Assembly: GCA_026134085.1 (NCBI GenBank)
Contig: JAOQIN010000006.1
Location: 193-64,192 of the forward strand
Direction of reading: 5' to 3'
Origin: Candidatus Methanoxibalbensis ujae
GTDB taxonomy: Archaea; Halobacteriota; Syntropharchaeia; Alkanophagales; Methanospirareceae
Length of the DNA: 64,000 nucleotides
The notes beneath the pieces are model-generated. The model was not told the origin of the DNA. It ran no database searches and worked only from the letters and a program-made list of their open reading frames with translations. Position 1 is the first letter of the stretch. Each line of letters opens with the position of its first letter. The position numbers and the translations under genes were made by a program. Below, one piece after another: positions 39,967 to 51,072 of the stretch.

Positions 39967-40155
39967 ATGATGAGAGCGCTGAGAAGAGAGACGAGGAGCA
40001 GGTTCTTGAGTGTGCGCTGCAGGGATTGCGGCAACAAGCAGATCATATTCAGTCATGCATCAACCATCGTGCGCTGTATTGTGTGTGGAAGCACGATAGC
40101 AAGACCTTCAGGGGGTAAAGCGATTATAAACGGCGAGATAGAGGAGATTCTTTGA
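39967..40155 (+). CDS. rps27e: 30S ribosomal protein S27e
   Basis: SRFLSVRCRDCGN.Q..FSH....V.C.VCG...A.P.GGKA. Confidence 0.95.
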   Translation: MMRALRRETRSRFLSVRCRDCGNKQIIFSHASTIVRCIVCGSTIARPSGGKAIINGEIEEIL

Positions 40156-40182
40156 GCTGAATCCGCCTTTGCATTTGCCTGA

Positions 40183-41022
40183 ATGTGGGAAAGGAGGATG
40201 AAAATGGATGAGAGAAAGCGGGAGTGGCCTGAGAAGGGGGATCTTGTGATATGCACCGTGAAGAATGTTCAGAACTTCGGCGCTTTCGTCTCGCTTGACG
40301 AGTATGATGGAAAGGAGGGCCTGATTCACATATCGGAGATCGCACATGGCTGGGTCAGAAACATCAGGGAGTTCATCCGTGAAGGGCAGCGAGTTGTGTG
40401 CAAGGTGCTTCATGTGGATGCGAGAAGGGGACATATAGACCTGTCACTCAGGCGAGTCGGTGAGGAGGAGAAGCGCAGGAAGATAAGAGAATGGAAGGAT
40501 GAGGCTGCAGCGAAGAAGTGGCTGTCTCTCGCGGCATCTCAATCTGGAATGCAGGAGGAAGAGGTGAAACGCATAGAGGAATGCATGAAAGCCACATACG
40601 GGAGTCTGCGAGAGGCATTTGAGGAGATAGTCAGAGGAGGAAAGGAAGTCCTTCACAGGATGAACATAGCTGAGGAGCATGTAAATGCGATATATGATGT
40701 GGCAGTCGCAAATGTGAAGCTGCCATCAGTCAGGATAAGCGGGTTCGTTGAGCTGAGGTGCACGAAGCCGGACGGCATAGAAATACTGAAGGAGGCGCTG
40801 ATAAGTGCTGAAAAAACTGTCAGCACAAAGTATGAAGATGTAAATGCTGAATGCATCTATGTCGGTGCGCCGAGATATGAAATACGGATAACTGCTCCAG
40901 ATTACAAAAAAGCGGAGAGCGCACTCAGAGATGCTGCAAAAAAAGCAATAGAAATCATAAAACAGAACAACGGCGAGGGTGAATTCTTCAGAACAGCTGA
41001 TGGTAAATCAACAAGGGCTTAG
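40183..41022 (+). CDS. eif2a: Translation initiation factor 2 alpha
   Basis: WPEKGDLV, GAFVSLDEY, HISEI, HIDLSLRR, YVGAPRY. Confidence 0.95.
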   Translation: MWERRMKMDERKREWPEKGDLVICTVKNVQNFGAFVSLDEYDGKEGLIHISEIAHGWVRNIREFIREGQRVVCKVLHVDARRGHIDLSLRRVGEEEKRRKIREWKDEAAAKKWLSLAASQSGMQEEEVKRIEECMKATYGSLREAFEEIVRGGKEVLHRMNIAEEHVNAIYDVAVANVKLPSVRISGFVELRCTKPDGIEILKEALISAEKTVSTKYEDVNAECIYVGAPRYEIRITAPDYKKAESALRDAAKKAIEIIKQNNGEGEFFRTADGKSTRA

Positions 41023-41557
41023 CAGGGGGATTGCTTTTGATGGCATAATCCTCGTGAAGCTATCACTTCACTGTGCTGAGCTCACAGAGATCCATAAGTA
41101 GCTTTCTTCTTTTCTTTATCTCTCTCTCACTCTCTCATTCACACACTCACCGGATTTCCATTTCCGTTTTGGTCTCCGGTAACTTCAATCAATGCCATGA
41201 GCTTTCAAAAGCTGCGTCATGCTGAACCGGAACTGTGGATGTTGGGCTTGCTTTTATTTGATTTTGTGATTTTCCTTTCAATCAACGGGAATCAATCATT
41301 GGCATCGTTTCAGGATTTATATGGCGGATTTGGATTGGAATATTTGGCAATGGAGAGGACATCGTTACAACAGCTGAGGAACAGCAAGATAATGAGCGTC
41401 CTTTCCTCTTTGAGAGAGGAAACAGATTGAGCTTTAATTTGTGAGAGTGTGAACATTGCATGGGAGCCGTGTGCTCATTTCCATTTTTCCATTTTCACGC
41501 GCCAATGGCTGAGCGCAGCGAGTCACAGCGCGCTGTCTTTCGTTTGGCGTTGGGCTT

Positions 41558-41609
41558 ATGCCAGACAGCGAATGCCCATGCCAGACAGCGAATGCCTATG
41601 CCAGACAGC
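41558..41609. repeat. Tandem repeat about 2.6 x 20 bp (ATGCCAGACAGCGAATGCCY)
   Basis: Adjacent near-identical copies. Confidence 0.85.
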
Positions 41610-41729
41610 ATAAGAGATAAAAATGGGTGAGGAGAGTAGAGCGATTGTCGGGCGATTGAGAACGATTGATCAGTGTGAACGATTGTATGAGCGATTGTTT
41701 AATATATAAAAAGAGGAGAAGTGTGAGAC

Positions 41730-42422
41730 ATGTTGAGTGTTTTGACAGATCCAAATGATTTTTTCGAGAGGCGAATGGAGAGAGAGGAGCGTTTGGGAAT
41801 TCCAGCGTTCATTGTTCTGCTGGGTGGTGCGCTGGGCGGTGTCAGCACATTTCTGATAATGAGTGTGCTTGTGGAAAGTTTGAGCGAGATTCAGGCGATG
41901 TCTGAGGTGGCATATGGTGCATTCGTGTCCGTGATGACATATGGCTCGCTTTTCTCAGCAGTGATTATTTCTCTCATCATGTGGCTTGTTGTCGCTGCTG
42001 TTTTTTATGGAATTTCCGCGATTTTCGGAGGAAAAGGCTCTTTCAAGCGCATGCTTGAGTTCGTAGGCTACGGATGTATCCCCATGATATTTGGAGGAAT
42101 CGTCGCAATTGCAGTCACCCTCCAGCTTGTTCAGACGCTCACACCTCCTCAAATTCCCGCAGGAGCCTCCCCTGAGGAACTCTCTCAAATCATTCAGGAA
42201 TGGTCCATTGATGTGGCGAGGCAGCCTCTCTCTCAGCTTTCCTCCGCTCTGAGCATAATCTTCACGATATGGTGTGCGAACATATGGATTTTCGCGGTCA
42301 AGCACGCTCGTGGCATAACGACAAAAAATGCACTGCTCACAGTCGGAATTCCTGTAGGCGCTTACATCGCTTATGCTCTCTGGCAACTGTTGGGAGTGCT
42401 CGTGTCAGCAAGCGCATTATAA
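41730..42422 (+). CDS. Yip1-domain membrane protein
   Basis: VLTDPNDFF, FGGKGSFKR..E.VGYG..P. Confidence 0.85.
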   Translation: MLSVLTDPNDFFERRMEREERLGIPAFIVLLGGALGGVSTFLIMSVLVESLSEIQAMSEVAYGAFVSVMTYGSLFSAVIISLIMWLVVAAVFYGISAIFGGKGSFKRMLEFVGYGCIPMIFGGIVAIAVTLQLVQTLTPPQIPAGASPEELSQIIQEWSIDVARQPLSQLSSALSIIFTIWCANIWIFAVKHARGITTKNALLTVGIPVGAYIAYALWQLLGVLVSASAL

Positions 42423-42463
42423 TGAGAGACATGACTGTGGGAGGAATGGTGGGAGGGAGGCAT

Positions 42464-43642
42464 ATGAGATTTGGTTTTTTTATCTTTTGTTTTGTGATTT
42501 TGATTTTTTGTTTTGTGATTCTCAGCTCGGCTGAAGGTTTTTCCGCTTCTGAGGAGGAAGCACATTTGCTTTCTGTCGTCTCGTGCGAGATGCACCCCGC
42601 GGTCTTCATGCCCCGTGATGTCGGAACAATCACAGTCACGCTCGCTGCTGCTGGAGAGGCTGCGGGGGAGGGTGGTGTCGAAATAGAATCCGTGTATCTG
42701 TTGGGAAGAGATGTGAAAGTGCTGAGCGGACCTTATCTCAACATAGGCAGAATCGCTCCGGGCGAGTGCATGAACATCACATTCACAGTCAGAGCACCTT
42801 TCAATGATGGCATTTACTACCCGAAGCTTCTCATTGAGACGGGAAGCGGCGATGTTCTCAGATATTCATTCCCCTTCCGTGTGGATGGTGCTGCGGTGCG
42901 CATGGCAGTTGCGGACATTCCCGAGGATATCATAATCAATGAGCGCACATCATTGAAGATTGCAGTCGGCAATGAGCGCCCCAACAGCGTCAGAGGCGTG
43001 ATGATAAAAGCAGAAATCACGAAAGGCAGCGGCGAGGTGGTGCCATCTGAAATGTTCATAGGCACACTCGCACCCGACGACAGGAAAACCCTCTCCCTGA
43101 ATTTCACCCCTCTCACGGAAGGAGCACACACACTTCTCCTCACACTCTCCTTCAAGAACGGCATGAACACGCACACATCAACACTGAGCGTTCATCTGAA
43201 TGTCTCCTCCCAAAATAAGCGCCCTGATATAATCATTTCAGGCATTGAGTATGAGTCCGATCACAACACTCTCAGGATCACAGGCGACATAAGCAACGCA
43301 GGACTTTCAGCGGCGAGGGGAGTTGTCGTGCGTGTGGGCGATGGGGAGGGATTTGAGGCTGTTTATCCATATCCCTCCTACTTTGTTGGCTCGCTGAATC
43401 CTGATGACTTCAGCAGTTTTGAGCTCAATGTCCGCGTTTTTAAAAATAAAACAACAATTCCAATAGAGATAGAGTTCAAGGATGAGGATGGAAACACATT
43501 CAGAAGGACGGAATATGTGCGAATAAATGGTTCAGAGACGCAGAAACCATCAGCAGAAACTTCCCCCATTCTCAGTGTCGTCCTGCTTATCGCAGTTTTT
43601 GTGGTTGTGATATCCATTATATACTCGTGGAGGAAGCGGTGA
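42464..43642 (+). CDS. COG1361-like S-layer/Ig-repeat membrane protein associated with the ABC transporter
   Basis: Signal peptide, P.VFMP.D.G, ITGDISNAG...A, YFVGSL.PDDFSSFEL, C-terminal TM; start trimmed. Confidence 0.8.
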   Translation: MRFGFFIFCFVILIFCFVILSSAEGFSASEEEAHLLSVVSCEMHPAVFMPRDVGTITVTLAAAGEAAGEGGVEIESVYLLGRDVKVLSGPYLNIGRIAPGECMNITFTVRAPFNDGIYYPKLLIETGSGDVLRYSFPFRVDGAAVRMAVADIPEDIIINERTSLKIAVGNERPNSVRGVMIKAEITKGSGEVVPSEMFIGTLAPDDRKTLSLNFTPLTEGAHTLLLTLSFKNGMNTHTSTLSVHLNVSSQNKRPDIIISGIEYESDHNTLRITGDISNAGLSAARGVVVRVGDGEGFEAVYPYPSYFVGSLNPDDFSSFELNVRVFKNKTTIPIEIEFKDEDGNTFRRTEYVRINGSETQKPSAETSPILSVVLLIAVFVVVISIIYSWRKR

Positions 43643-43643
43643 A

Positions 43644-44357
43644 ATGCGCAATAAGTATGCGGTTCGCCTGGATAATGTCACAAAAATATACAGGATGGGC
43701 AGAGGAAGCGTGAAGGCGCTTGACAGCGTGAGCTTGAGTTTTCTCACAGGCGATTTCGTGTCCATAATGGGCCCTTCAGGCTCCGGAAAATCAACACTGC
43801 TCAATATCATAGGATGTCTGGACATTCCCACAAGCGGAGAAGTCTATATTGCCGGAGAAAATGTGAGCAAACTTGGCGAAAAAGAGCGAACAAAGATAAG
43901 AAGGGATAAAATAGGTTTTGTCTTTCAGCACTTCAACCTTATTCCCACGCTCACAGCACTTGAAAACATTGCATTTCCCATGCTGCTGCGCGGAGAACAC
44001 AGATATGAGGAGCGGAGCAGGGAGCTTCTGAGAGCAGTTGGGCTCGATGAAGAGCTGGGAGAGCATAAGCCTGCGGAGCTGAGCGGAGGAGAGCAGCAGA
44101 GAGTTGCGATAGCCCGTGCGCTTGCGAATGATCCTGAAATTATACTCGCAGATGAGCCAACGGGAAATCTCGACACGAAGACGAGCATGGAAATCATGGA
44201 ACTCCTCGCAGCGCTGAACAGGAGGGGAAAGACAGTAGTCGTGGTTACGCATGACCCACTCGTTGCTGAATTCACAAAGAGAACATTGCGCATGCTTGAT
44301 GGCAGAATCCTCACAGACATCACGGACATCACAGACAGAATCACCGCAGCACGCTGA
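43644..44357 (+). CDS. ABC transporter ATP-binding protein (LolD/MacB-like)
   Basis: GPSGSGKST, LSGGEQQR, ILADEPTGNLD, VTHD. Confidence 0.95.
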   Translation: MRNKYAVRLDNVTKIYRMGRGSVKALDSVSLSFLTGDFVSIMGPSGSGKSTLLNIIGCLDIPTSGEVYIAGENVSKLGEKERTKIRRDKIGFVFQHFNLIPTLTALENIAFPMLLRGEHRYEERSRELLRAVGLDEELGEHKPAELSGGEQQRVAIARALANDPEIILADEPTGNLDTKTSMEIMELLAALNRRGKTVVVVTHDPLVAEFTKRTLRMLDGRILTDITDITDRITAAR

Positions 44358-44370
44358 TATATGCGTGGAA

Positions 44371-45507
44371 ATGAGAGCGGTTTTCCTGCGTTTCGCCATT
44401 CGCAACCTTGCCAGGCACAAATTGCGCTCTTCTCTCGCAGTTGTCGGTATTGTAATTGGCGTCCTTGCAATTTCATCGCTCGGCATCTTCGGGAACAGCA
44501 TAAAACTTTCTTTCTCAGAGGCATTTTCAGCAGTTGGAAACGAGCTGGTCATATATCCGCGGAGTGAAAGCATGATTTCAGAGAAAATTCTGCGAGAAGT
44601 TGAGCGGGCAGCAGGTGCGGGAAGCGATGTCATACCTTTAAGACAGAAATATGTGCGAATCAATGATGTGCGAATCAATGGGCGAGTCGCTTTTTACGGG
44701 TTGAGATGCGAAGACATACCGTTGCTCGTCGATATAGAGAGAGGACGTGCTCCAAAACGAAGCGCTTCTGAGTGTCTTATAGGCGCAAAACTCGCATCAG
44801 ACCACGACATGAAAGTTGGAAATCGCATGCATGCAGAAACATATGAGCTCAGAATCACAGGTATCCTCAAAGAGCGAGGAATAGGCTTTGATATAAATCC
44901 AGATGAGGCTGTTATCATTGATATGAAAACATTTGAGCGCATGTTCAACATTTCAAAATACAATTATCTCATAGTGCGCGTTGATAGCATTGAAAATGTT
45001 GAAAAAGTCAAGGAATCTATTGAAAAAAGGCTGAATAAGAGAGAGGAAAAAGTATCAGTGCTTGATTTAAGACGTTTAATGGAGACTTTTGAAGAAGCAT
45101 TTGCAAAAATATCAGTATTTCTGCTTGGAATTGGTGCTATTTCGCTTGTTGTAGCTGGTGTAAGCATTCTTAATGTGATGACCATGTCTGTTGTTGAGCG
45201 GACCAAGGAGATAGGCATCATGAGGGCGATAGGCACTTCTCGTATCGGGGTCATGTGTATGTTTCTCTACGAATCATTACTTCTTGGTCTTGCGGGCAGT
45301 GCGATCGGTGGCGTCCTGAGCTTCGGCGGCGGCTTCCTCATTCTCTCCTTCTGGATGCAGAAGACTTCATATCTTCTCGCTCCTTCTTCCATTTTGTGCA
45401 TAATCTTCGGAATCTCTTTCGGCATCGCAACAAGTGTCCTCTCAGGTCTCTATCCCGCATGGAGGGCGTCAATGCTCAGTCCCATAGATGCGTTGAAATA
45501 TGAGTGA
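44371..45507 (+). CDS. ABC transporter permease (MacB/FtsX-like)
   Basis: RNL.R.KLRS.L, M.V.ERTKEIG..RAIG, GLYPAWRA....PIDALKYE. Confidence 0.93.
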   Translation: MRAVFLRFAIRNLARHKLRSSLAVVGIVIGVLAISSLGIFGNSIKLSFSEAFSAVGNELVIYPRSESMISEKILREVERAAGAGSDVIPLRQKYVRINDVRINGRVAFYGLRCEDIPLLVDIERGRAPKRSASECLIGAKLASDHDMKVGNRMHAETYELRITGILKERGIGFDINPDEAVIIDMKTFERMFNISKYNYLIVRVDSIENVEKVKESIEKRLNKREEKVSVLDLRRLMETFEEAFAKISVFLLGIGAISLVVAGVSILNVMTMSVVERTKEIGIMRAIGTSRIGVMCMFLYESLLLGLAGSAIGGVLSFGGGFLILSFWMQKTSYLLAPSSILCIIFGISFGIATSVLSGLYPAWRASMLSPIDALKYE

Positions 45508-45543
45508 TTAGTGATGAGTGTTCTGGAGAACTGAGGATGAACT

Positions 45544-46506
45544 ATGCTGACGGAAGTAATGCTTGTCCTGATATCAATGATTGCGCTATGGCTCGGCGCG
45601 AGGCTGACTGTTGACAATGCATCCCGCATCGCAAAATCAATGGGCATATCAGAGGTCATAATAGGGCTCACGGTCGTCGCGTTTGGAACATCGGCACCTG
45701 AATTCGCCGTCAGCATAGGAGCGGCTCTGAAGGGATACTCCTCCATATCCGTTGCGAACATCGTTGGCTCAAACATATTCAATCTCGGATTCATACTTGG
45801 AGGCATTGCAGTCATCACACACATAAAAACAACGAGAGAAATGGTGTATCGCGATTGCATGTTTCTCGCAATCACGACATTACTCCTCTCTTTTTTCCTG
45901 TATGACCTTGAACTGTCGCAGATAGAAGGTGCATTCCTCTTCTTATTGCTCTTCCTGTATCTATGTTATCTTCTCAAAAAGAGGAAAGCGGAAGTGAGAG
46001 GATTGGAGGAAGTGGAGAATGATGAAGAAAGCAGCGCAGGTGATGGAAGTGATGACAGCATCGCTCAAATCACAGGAAGTGCAGCTCTGCTGATATGCGG
46101 TCTGTCAGCAGTTGTCACGGGCTCGCATTTCCTCGTTGAATCAGCACGCACGCTTGCAAGAGCGGCTGGAATCTCAGAATGGATAGTCGGCGTCACGATA
46201 GTTGCAGCAGGAACTTCAGCACCAGAATTCGTCACTTCGCTCGTCGCCGCATTGAAAGGACACCACGAAATTTCTGCTGGAACACTCATAGGAAGTGACA
46301 TATTCAACTGCGTGGGCGTTCTCGGTCTGGCAGGCATGATACGTCCGCTGATTGTTGTGCCTCACGCAAGGGTGAGTGTTTGCATGCTCTCGCTGATGGT
46401 GTTCCTCATACTCGTGTTCATGCGAACTGGCTGGAAGCTCTCAAGAGCTGAGGGGGCGTTCCTGCTCTCAATCGCAATCATACGCTGGATATTTGATCTC
46501 ACATGA
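45544..46506 (+). CDS. Calcium/sodium antiporter (CaCA, YrbG-like)
   Basis: Two GTSAPE alpha repeats, NIVGSNIFN. Confidence 0.93.
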   Translation: MLTEVMLVLISMIALWLGARLTVDNASRIAKSMGISEVIIGLTVVAFGTSAPEFAVSIGAALKGYSSISVANIVGSNIFNLGFILGGIAVITHIKTTREMVYRDCMFLAITTLLLSFFLYDLELSQIEGAFLFLLLFLYLCYLLKKRKAEVRGLEEVENDEESSAGDGSDDSIAQITGSAALLICGLSAVVTGSHFLVESARTLARAAGISEWIVGVTIVAAGTSAPEFVTSLVAALKGHHEISAGTLIGSDIFNCVGVLGLAGMIRPLIVVPHARVSVCMLSLMVFLILVFMRTGWKLSRAEGAFLLSIAIIRWIFDLT

Positions 46507-46599
46507 AAATAGACATGAGTTGGAGAGCTGTTCACATGAAAACTCACAGACTCACAGACTCACGGGCATGTCCGAATAAGCATAAAACAAAATAAATAA

Positions 46600-46955
46600 T
46601 TTTTATGGTGACGGTATAGAAAACTGATTGAGTTACTGAATGAATTTGACATTGAAAGGAATAAAATCATCCAGATGGTTTATCAGGGAATGCATTGACA
46701 GCCTATTCCTTAAGTGCCTGGTGTGAGGTTGAAGAAACCATTCTTGATAAAATAGAATATCGTTCATTAAATGAAAGCATTGGAGAAAGGAGCCTGGTTG
46801 AGTCTTCAGCTCTTTCAAACAGGGAGCCGAGATTTTTTGCTCCATAACAGTCAAGGAAGAGAGAGGAAGAGTTTGGAAGTTTGAGGAGCTATGGCTGGAA
46901 CAGGTCCTGCAGGATGTTCGCTCAACATGGTGAGGTGGTGTTATCAGAACACGTC
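46600..46955 (+). pseudogene. Probable IS6-family transposase relic
   Basis: Frameshifted fragments ESIGERSLVES / FSSFKQ resemble archaeal IS6 C-termini; no intact ORF. Confidence 0.35.
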
Positions 46956-47086
46956 GGACTCACAAACACAAACACAAACCGCTTGACGGGGGGAGTGGTG
47001 AACCTCCCGATCGGTCAGAAAATTGACACTCAGGATGAAAATTGGCCCTCATCATTCTCCTTTCCGCGAGGCGATATGATGCTGTT

Positions 47087-48736
47087 TCAACTGCTGACGC
47101 GTTTTATCCATATGATCTCCTCATATAGGGGAACATGCAGATGATAATCTGCGACATTCGCCTTTATTCCTATGTTATGAATGCCGCTCGTCATTGGTAT
47201 CCATGTGATGTTCATGCATCCCGGTATAACACCGTCAGCTATTGCATATTCGTCAACGATCACTGAATAATTGCCTTCCTTTCCGAAGGAGGATACATGC
47301 ATTCCGACGGGCGACCCTATGTATGAGGGCTGTGGCTTGCTGAGCGTGATTCCGAAATGAAGAATCACATCGACAGAAACATAAGGGAAGTGCGTTTTAC
47401 GCTCTTCACCGTCTTTGAAGTATGATGTATATGAGTCCTCTGACACCACATTCACGGTTTTTTCACCGTGCACCTCTATGCTGCATCCTGATGTTGATTC
47501 TGTGATGTCCGGTGCGACATCATCAAATGAAACTGAAGGCAGCACATCAAACTCAACACACCATGATCTGTTCTCATCGTTCAGATCGCCAACGAACCAT
47601 TGCACTGTGTTTTCAGTTGATATGTCAGGAGCAACAGATGCGTTTCCAATGTATGTGACATTTGATGGCGGCACATAGACAACACGAACATTCTTTGCGG
47701 TCTCTTTTATCTCCGTCACTATCTGATTGTATATCTCCACGAGGTCGTTGCTGTCAGGAGCAAAGTAGTAGTGGTCCTCTGATGTTGCGATCTCCTGCAA
47801 TGTCTCTTCGTCCGCATCGCTTCCGAAACCTATCGCGTATATTATGATGCCCTCCGATTTTGCAGCATCAGCTGCCTTCAATGCAGCAATTCTCGCCGTC
47901 TGACTTCTGTCGGGAACCCAGTCGCTCGGCATGTATGCGAGGAGCGAATCGGGCTCTACAGGCGCCATGGTCGCAATGCCGTCCGACATAAGCACTATTA
48001 CTTTCAAGTGGCTTGCATTTCCGGACTCATTGAACATTTTCCTCGCCGCATTTATACCACCTGCTATGTTCGTCCCTCCTCTGGCTCTGTAACTGCTCAC
48101 AGTATTATGCAGCAGTGCTTTATCTCTCGTGAAAACAGCATCTATATTTGCGTCTGAATATCCGTTACCATAGTAATCGTGATACTGCGAGGGACTGCAT
48201 TTTGAAGTATCGTTGAAACATTCATATGGATGAAAGGGAGATGATCCGTTGACCTCCTGTTCAACCCATCTGTCCCATGTATCCTCGCTGTACAGCCTGT
48301 CGGCATTGCTGAATGAAGCCAGTCCTATGTACATATCGTCTGACGCAAGGTCAATGAATGTGTGAAGTGCTTCTTTCGCCGCGTCTATCTTTCCGTCTCT
48401 GTTCATACTCCCTGAAAGGTCAGTGACAAGAACAACATCCACTCCCCTGTATTCAGTGTCTGAGATCGTTGATTCAACACATAACCTCACCCTCACGCCA
48501 CTTCCAATATCCGCCTCAGGTGGCATCACAGACGCGTTGACCGTGATGTTCCCGTCCCCCCCACCTCCATCAGTGAGAACCGCCGAGGATGGCGTCACAG
48601 CGATCAATGATATCACAATTATAATCATGACAGGTGCAACAGCGGAAAACGCCGCCGACAAACGGCGCCCCTCACTCCCGCGGGCAAATCCCACAAAACA
48701 CCTCATCAAAAAACCTGTTTTTCCCCTCATCATCAC
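47087..48736 (-). CDS. Secreted/surface VWA-domain protein
   Basis: Signal-like hydrophobic segment, MIDAS DLSGS, GGTNIAGGI, LMSDG, IYAIGFG. Confidence 0.88.
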   Translation of the reverse strand: MMMRGKTGFLMRCFVGFARGSEGRRLSAAFSAVAPVMIIIVISLIAVTPSSAVLTDGGGGDGNITVNASVMPPEADIGSGVRVRLCVESTISDTEYRGVDVVLVTDLSGSMNRDGKIDAAKEALHTFIDLASDDMYIGLASFSNADRLYSEDTWDRWVEQEVNGSSPFHPYECFNDTSKCSPSQYHDYYGNGYSDANIDAVFTRDKALLHNTVSSYRARGGTNIAGGINAARKMFNESGNASHLKVIVLMSDGIATMAPVEPDSLLAYMPSDWVPDRSQTARIAALKAADAAKSEGIIIYAIGFGSDADEETLQEIATSEDHYYFAPDSNDLVEIYNQIVTEIKETAKNVRVVYVPPSNVTYIGNASVAPDISTENTVQWFVGDLNDENRSWCVEFDVLPSVSFDDVAPDITESTSGCSIEVHGEKTVNVVSEDSYTSYFKDGEERKTHFPYVSVDVILHFGITLSKPQPSYIGSPVGMHVSSFGKEGNYSVIVDEYAIADGVIPGCMNITWIPMTSGIHNIGIKANVADYHLHVPLYEEIIWIKRVSS

Positions 48737-49131
48737 AATATTTTATCAAATATCTTATAAATAGCTTTCTATTAACAATAATATCACCTTAGCTGGAGGA
48801 AATAGTTAAATTATTTTTGAGAGTTTGAATCAGTTTCTTGTTGGAATAGGAGTTTAATTGTGAAATCGAATTGCGAACATTGGAAAATATAATGTAAAAT
48901 GTTCAAAATAATGAGAATAATAAGCAGAATATCGGATCTGGATGGGTTGCTTGCGGTCTCCGAGGCATGGCGCATAGCGAGGGCGGGCGATCTCAGAGGC
49001 GGGATCAGAGAGAACCATTGGCTGCGCTGTCACACTCGCTCCTCATCCAATGCAGTTCAAGCTCAGCAAAAGCGGGTAGATGAGGGAGCACAAATAGAGG
49101 AAATGGAGGAAATGGAGGAGAGGAGAAAAAA

Positions 49132-50232
49132 ATGATAGAGATTGACGGCTCTTTCGGGGAGGGAGGAGGTCAGATAATAAGAACAGCGGTTGCGCTATCC
49201 GCAATCACCGGTGAGGAAGTGGAGATATACAACATAAGAGCGAATCGTCCTAATCCCGGGCTTCAGGCACAGCATTTGAATGCGGTTAAGACTGTTGCTG
49301 AGATGACGAATGCGAATGTTGAGGGCTTGAAACTGCGCTCAAAACGCCTGAGATTCTCGCCAGAGAGTCCGGAAGCGTTGAAAAAGGATATTGATATAGG
49401 AACTGCGGGCAGCATAACTCTGTTGCTTCAGTGCGTTGTTCCAGTTGCGTTATTTGCCAATGGGACAACTGAACTGACAGTAAGGGGGGGAACTGATGTG
49501 AGGTGGTCGCCTCCGATAGACTTTTATCGCTTTCTATTTGTGAGAGCGATTTCTGAGATGGGGTGTGATGTTGAGATTTCGCTTATAAAGCGGGGATATT
49601 ATCCGAGGGGTGGCGGTGTTGTTCGCGTGCGTGTGAAGCCTGTGCGGAAGTTGAGCGGTTTCTTCGTGATGGAAGAGACCGTCAATGATGTGAGGGGAAT
49701 CTCCCACTGCCGTGGATTGCCCGCGCATGTCGCATCCCGTCAGGCAAATTCCGCAAGAGAGATACTCAGTGAGCACGGATACCGCACCGACATTCTTGTG
49801 GAGACCTCCGATGAGAATGGCGGAGGACTCAGTGAGAGCGATGGTTATGGTGGTGGAAGCGTTGATAGGAGCGTCAGAGGGATGAGCGGGAGCAGAAAAA
49901 GAAAAAGTAAGGAAGGAGTGGGGAGCGGAATCACGCTTTGGCGAAATTACAAGAGTGGAAGTGCGCTTGGAGAGCCCGGAAAGCCAGCTGAAGAAGTGGG
50001 GAGAGATGCGGCATTCTCTCTTCTACGCGAATTGGAATCAGAATCAACAGTTGATGTGCATCTTGCGGACCAGCTCATACCGTATATCGCACTTTCAGAT
50101 GAACATTCAGCATTCAAAGTTCGTGAGATAACAGGACATCTTCGCACGAATATATACATTGTGGAGAAGTTCCTGCAAAAGAAAATCAGCATAAAAAAGG
50201 AGGAGAGTTTCATCATTGAATGTTGTGACTGA
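49132..50232 (+). CDS. rtcA: RNA 3'-terminal phosphate cyclase
   Basis: IDGSFGEGGGQ..R, RPNPGL..QH, GGTDV.WSP, RGYYPRGGG, HLADQL, ITGH. Confidence 0.95.
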   Translation: MIEIDGSFGEGGGQIIRTAVALSAITGEEVEIYNIRANRPNPGLQAQHLNAVKTVAEMTNANVEGLKLRSKRLRFSPESPEALKKDIDIGTAGSITLLLQCVVPVALFANGTTELTVRGGTDVRWSPPIDFYRFLFVRAISEMGCDVEISLIKRGYYPRGGGVVRVRVKPVRKLSGFFVMEETVNDVRGISHCRGLPAHVASRQANSAREILSEHGYRTDILVETSDENGGGLSESDGYGGGSVDRSVRGMSGSRKRKSKEGVGSGITLWRNYKSGSALGEPGKPAEEVGRDAAFSLLRELESESTVDVHLADQLIPYIALSDEHSAFKVREITGHLRTNIYIVEKFLQKKISIKKEESFIIECCD

Positions 50233-50313
50233 ACATGGCTGTCCTCAACAGAAACAATTTTGACAAACAGCTGGCGGCAGGTGGACGCCAATGTGGCGTC
50301 AATGTGGTGAGTG

Positions 50314-51051
50314 TTATTCCTCAATGACCTTCACACCGAACTCCCGCATGAAAAAGGCGATCCCCTCCTCACGCGTTATCATATGTTTTCTCGGCAGTTT
50401 TCTGCGCTGTATCCTGCGATATTTTATTCTGAATCCTGCTCTTTTGAGCGATACTGAGACATCCATCCCCAGTATTCCGACAGCGGGATCGTATGGGATG
50501 CCGAGGTCTGTGTGCTCCTCAATTCCGAACGAGAGATTGCCAAAATTGTCAAACTGGCTCTCATAAATGCGGTTCTGTATCCTGAACACATCTCTCAAAA
50601 ATTTCACCGCACGCTCCTTCCGCAGTGTCACCTTGCAGCCTATTGGCTCTCCTCTCTTTATGCCAAAGGGTTGAATTGTGCGCTTTGCAAGAGTCTCAAC
50701 AGGCTTCTGACCTGTTATGCGCTCAAGTATTTTTTCAGCATTCTTCAACTTCTCACCGCTCTGCCCGACACCTATGTTTATGACAACCTTGTCTATCTCA
50801 ACCCGTCTCATGGGATTCTCCTCCCTGCCCGCCTTCCTCTCAGCAGCTCTCTCATCGCTCACTTTCTCATCTTTCTGCTTCTCGCGCTCCTCAGCCTCCG
50901 CTGTGAGCTCCTCTGTGTCTTCAACAATCTCTTCAGCCTCTCTCTCAATTTCTTCATCAGACCCAATTTCCGCTGCATTCTCTTCTGAGACAGAGCTTCC
51001 TGCTTCTTCCGTCATCTTCCCATCTCCCTCCTCAGCGAGTTGCGCAAACAT
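50314..51051 (-). CDS. rpl5: 50S ribosomal protein L5 with acidic N-terminal extension
   Basis: ENPMR...DKVVINIGVG, IGCKVTLR, FD.FGN.SFGI.EH, GMD. Confidence 0.95.
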   Translation of the reverse strand: MFAQLAEEGDGKMTEEAGSSVSEENAAEIGSDEEIEREAEEIVEDTEELTAEAEEREKQKDEKVSDERAAERKAGREENPMRRVEIDKVVINIGVGQSGEKLKNAEKILERITGQKPVETLAKRTIQPFGIKRGEPIGCKVTLRKERAVKFLRDVFRIQNRIYESQFDNFGNLSFGIEEHTDLGIPYDPAVGILGMDVSVSLKRAGFRIKYRRIQRRKLPRKHMITREEGIAFFMREFGVKVIEE

Positions 51052-51072
51052 CCGCTCAGCACATCACGCATG

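Noticed and set aside
41022-41430. nop10 expected after eif2a; 77-aa ORF at 41197
   Set aside because: No Nop10-like motif found by eye; the 77-aa ORF has no recognisable features, so it was not called.
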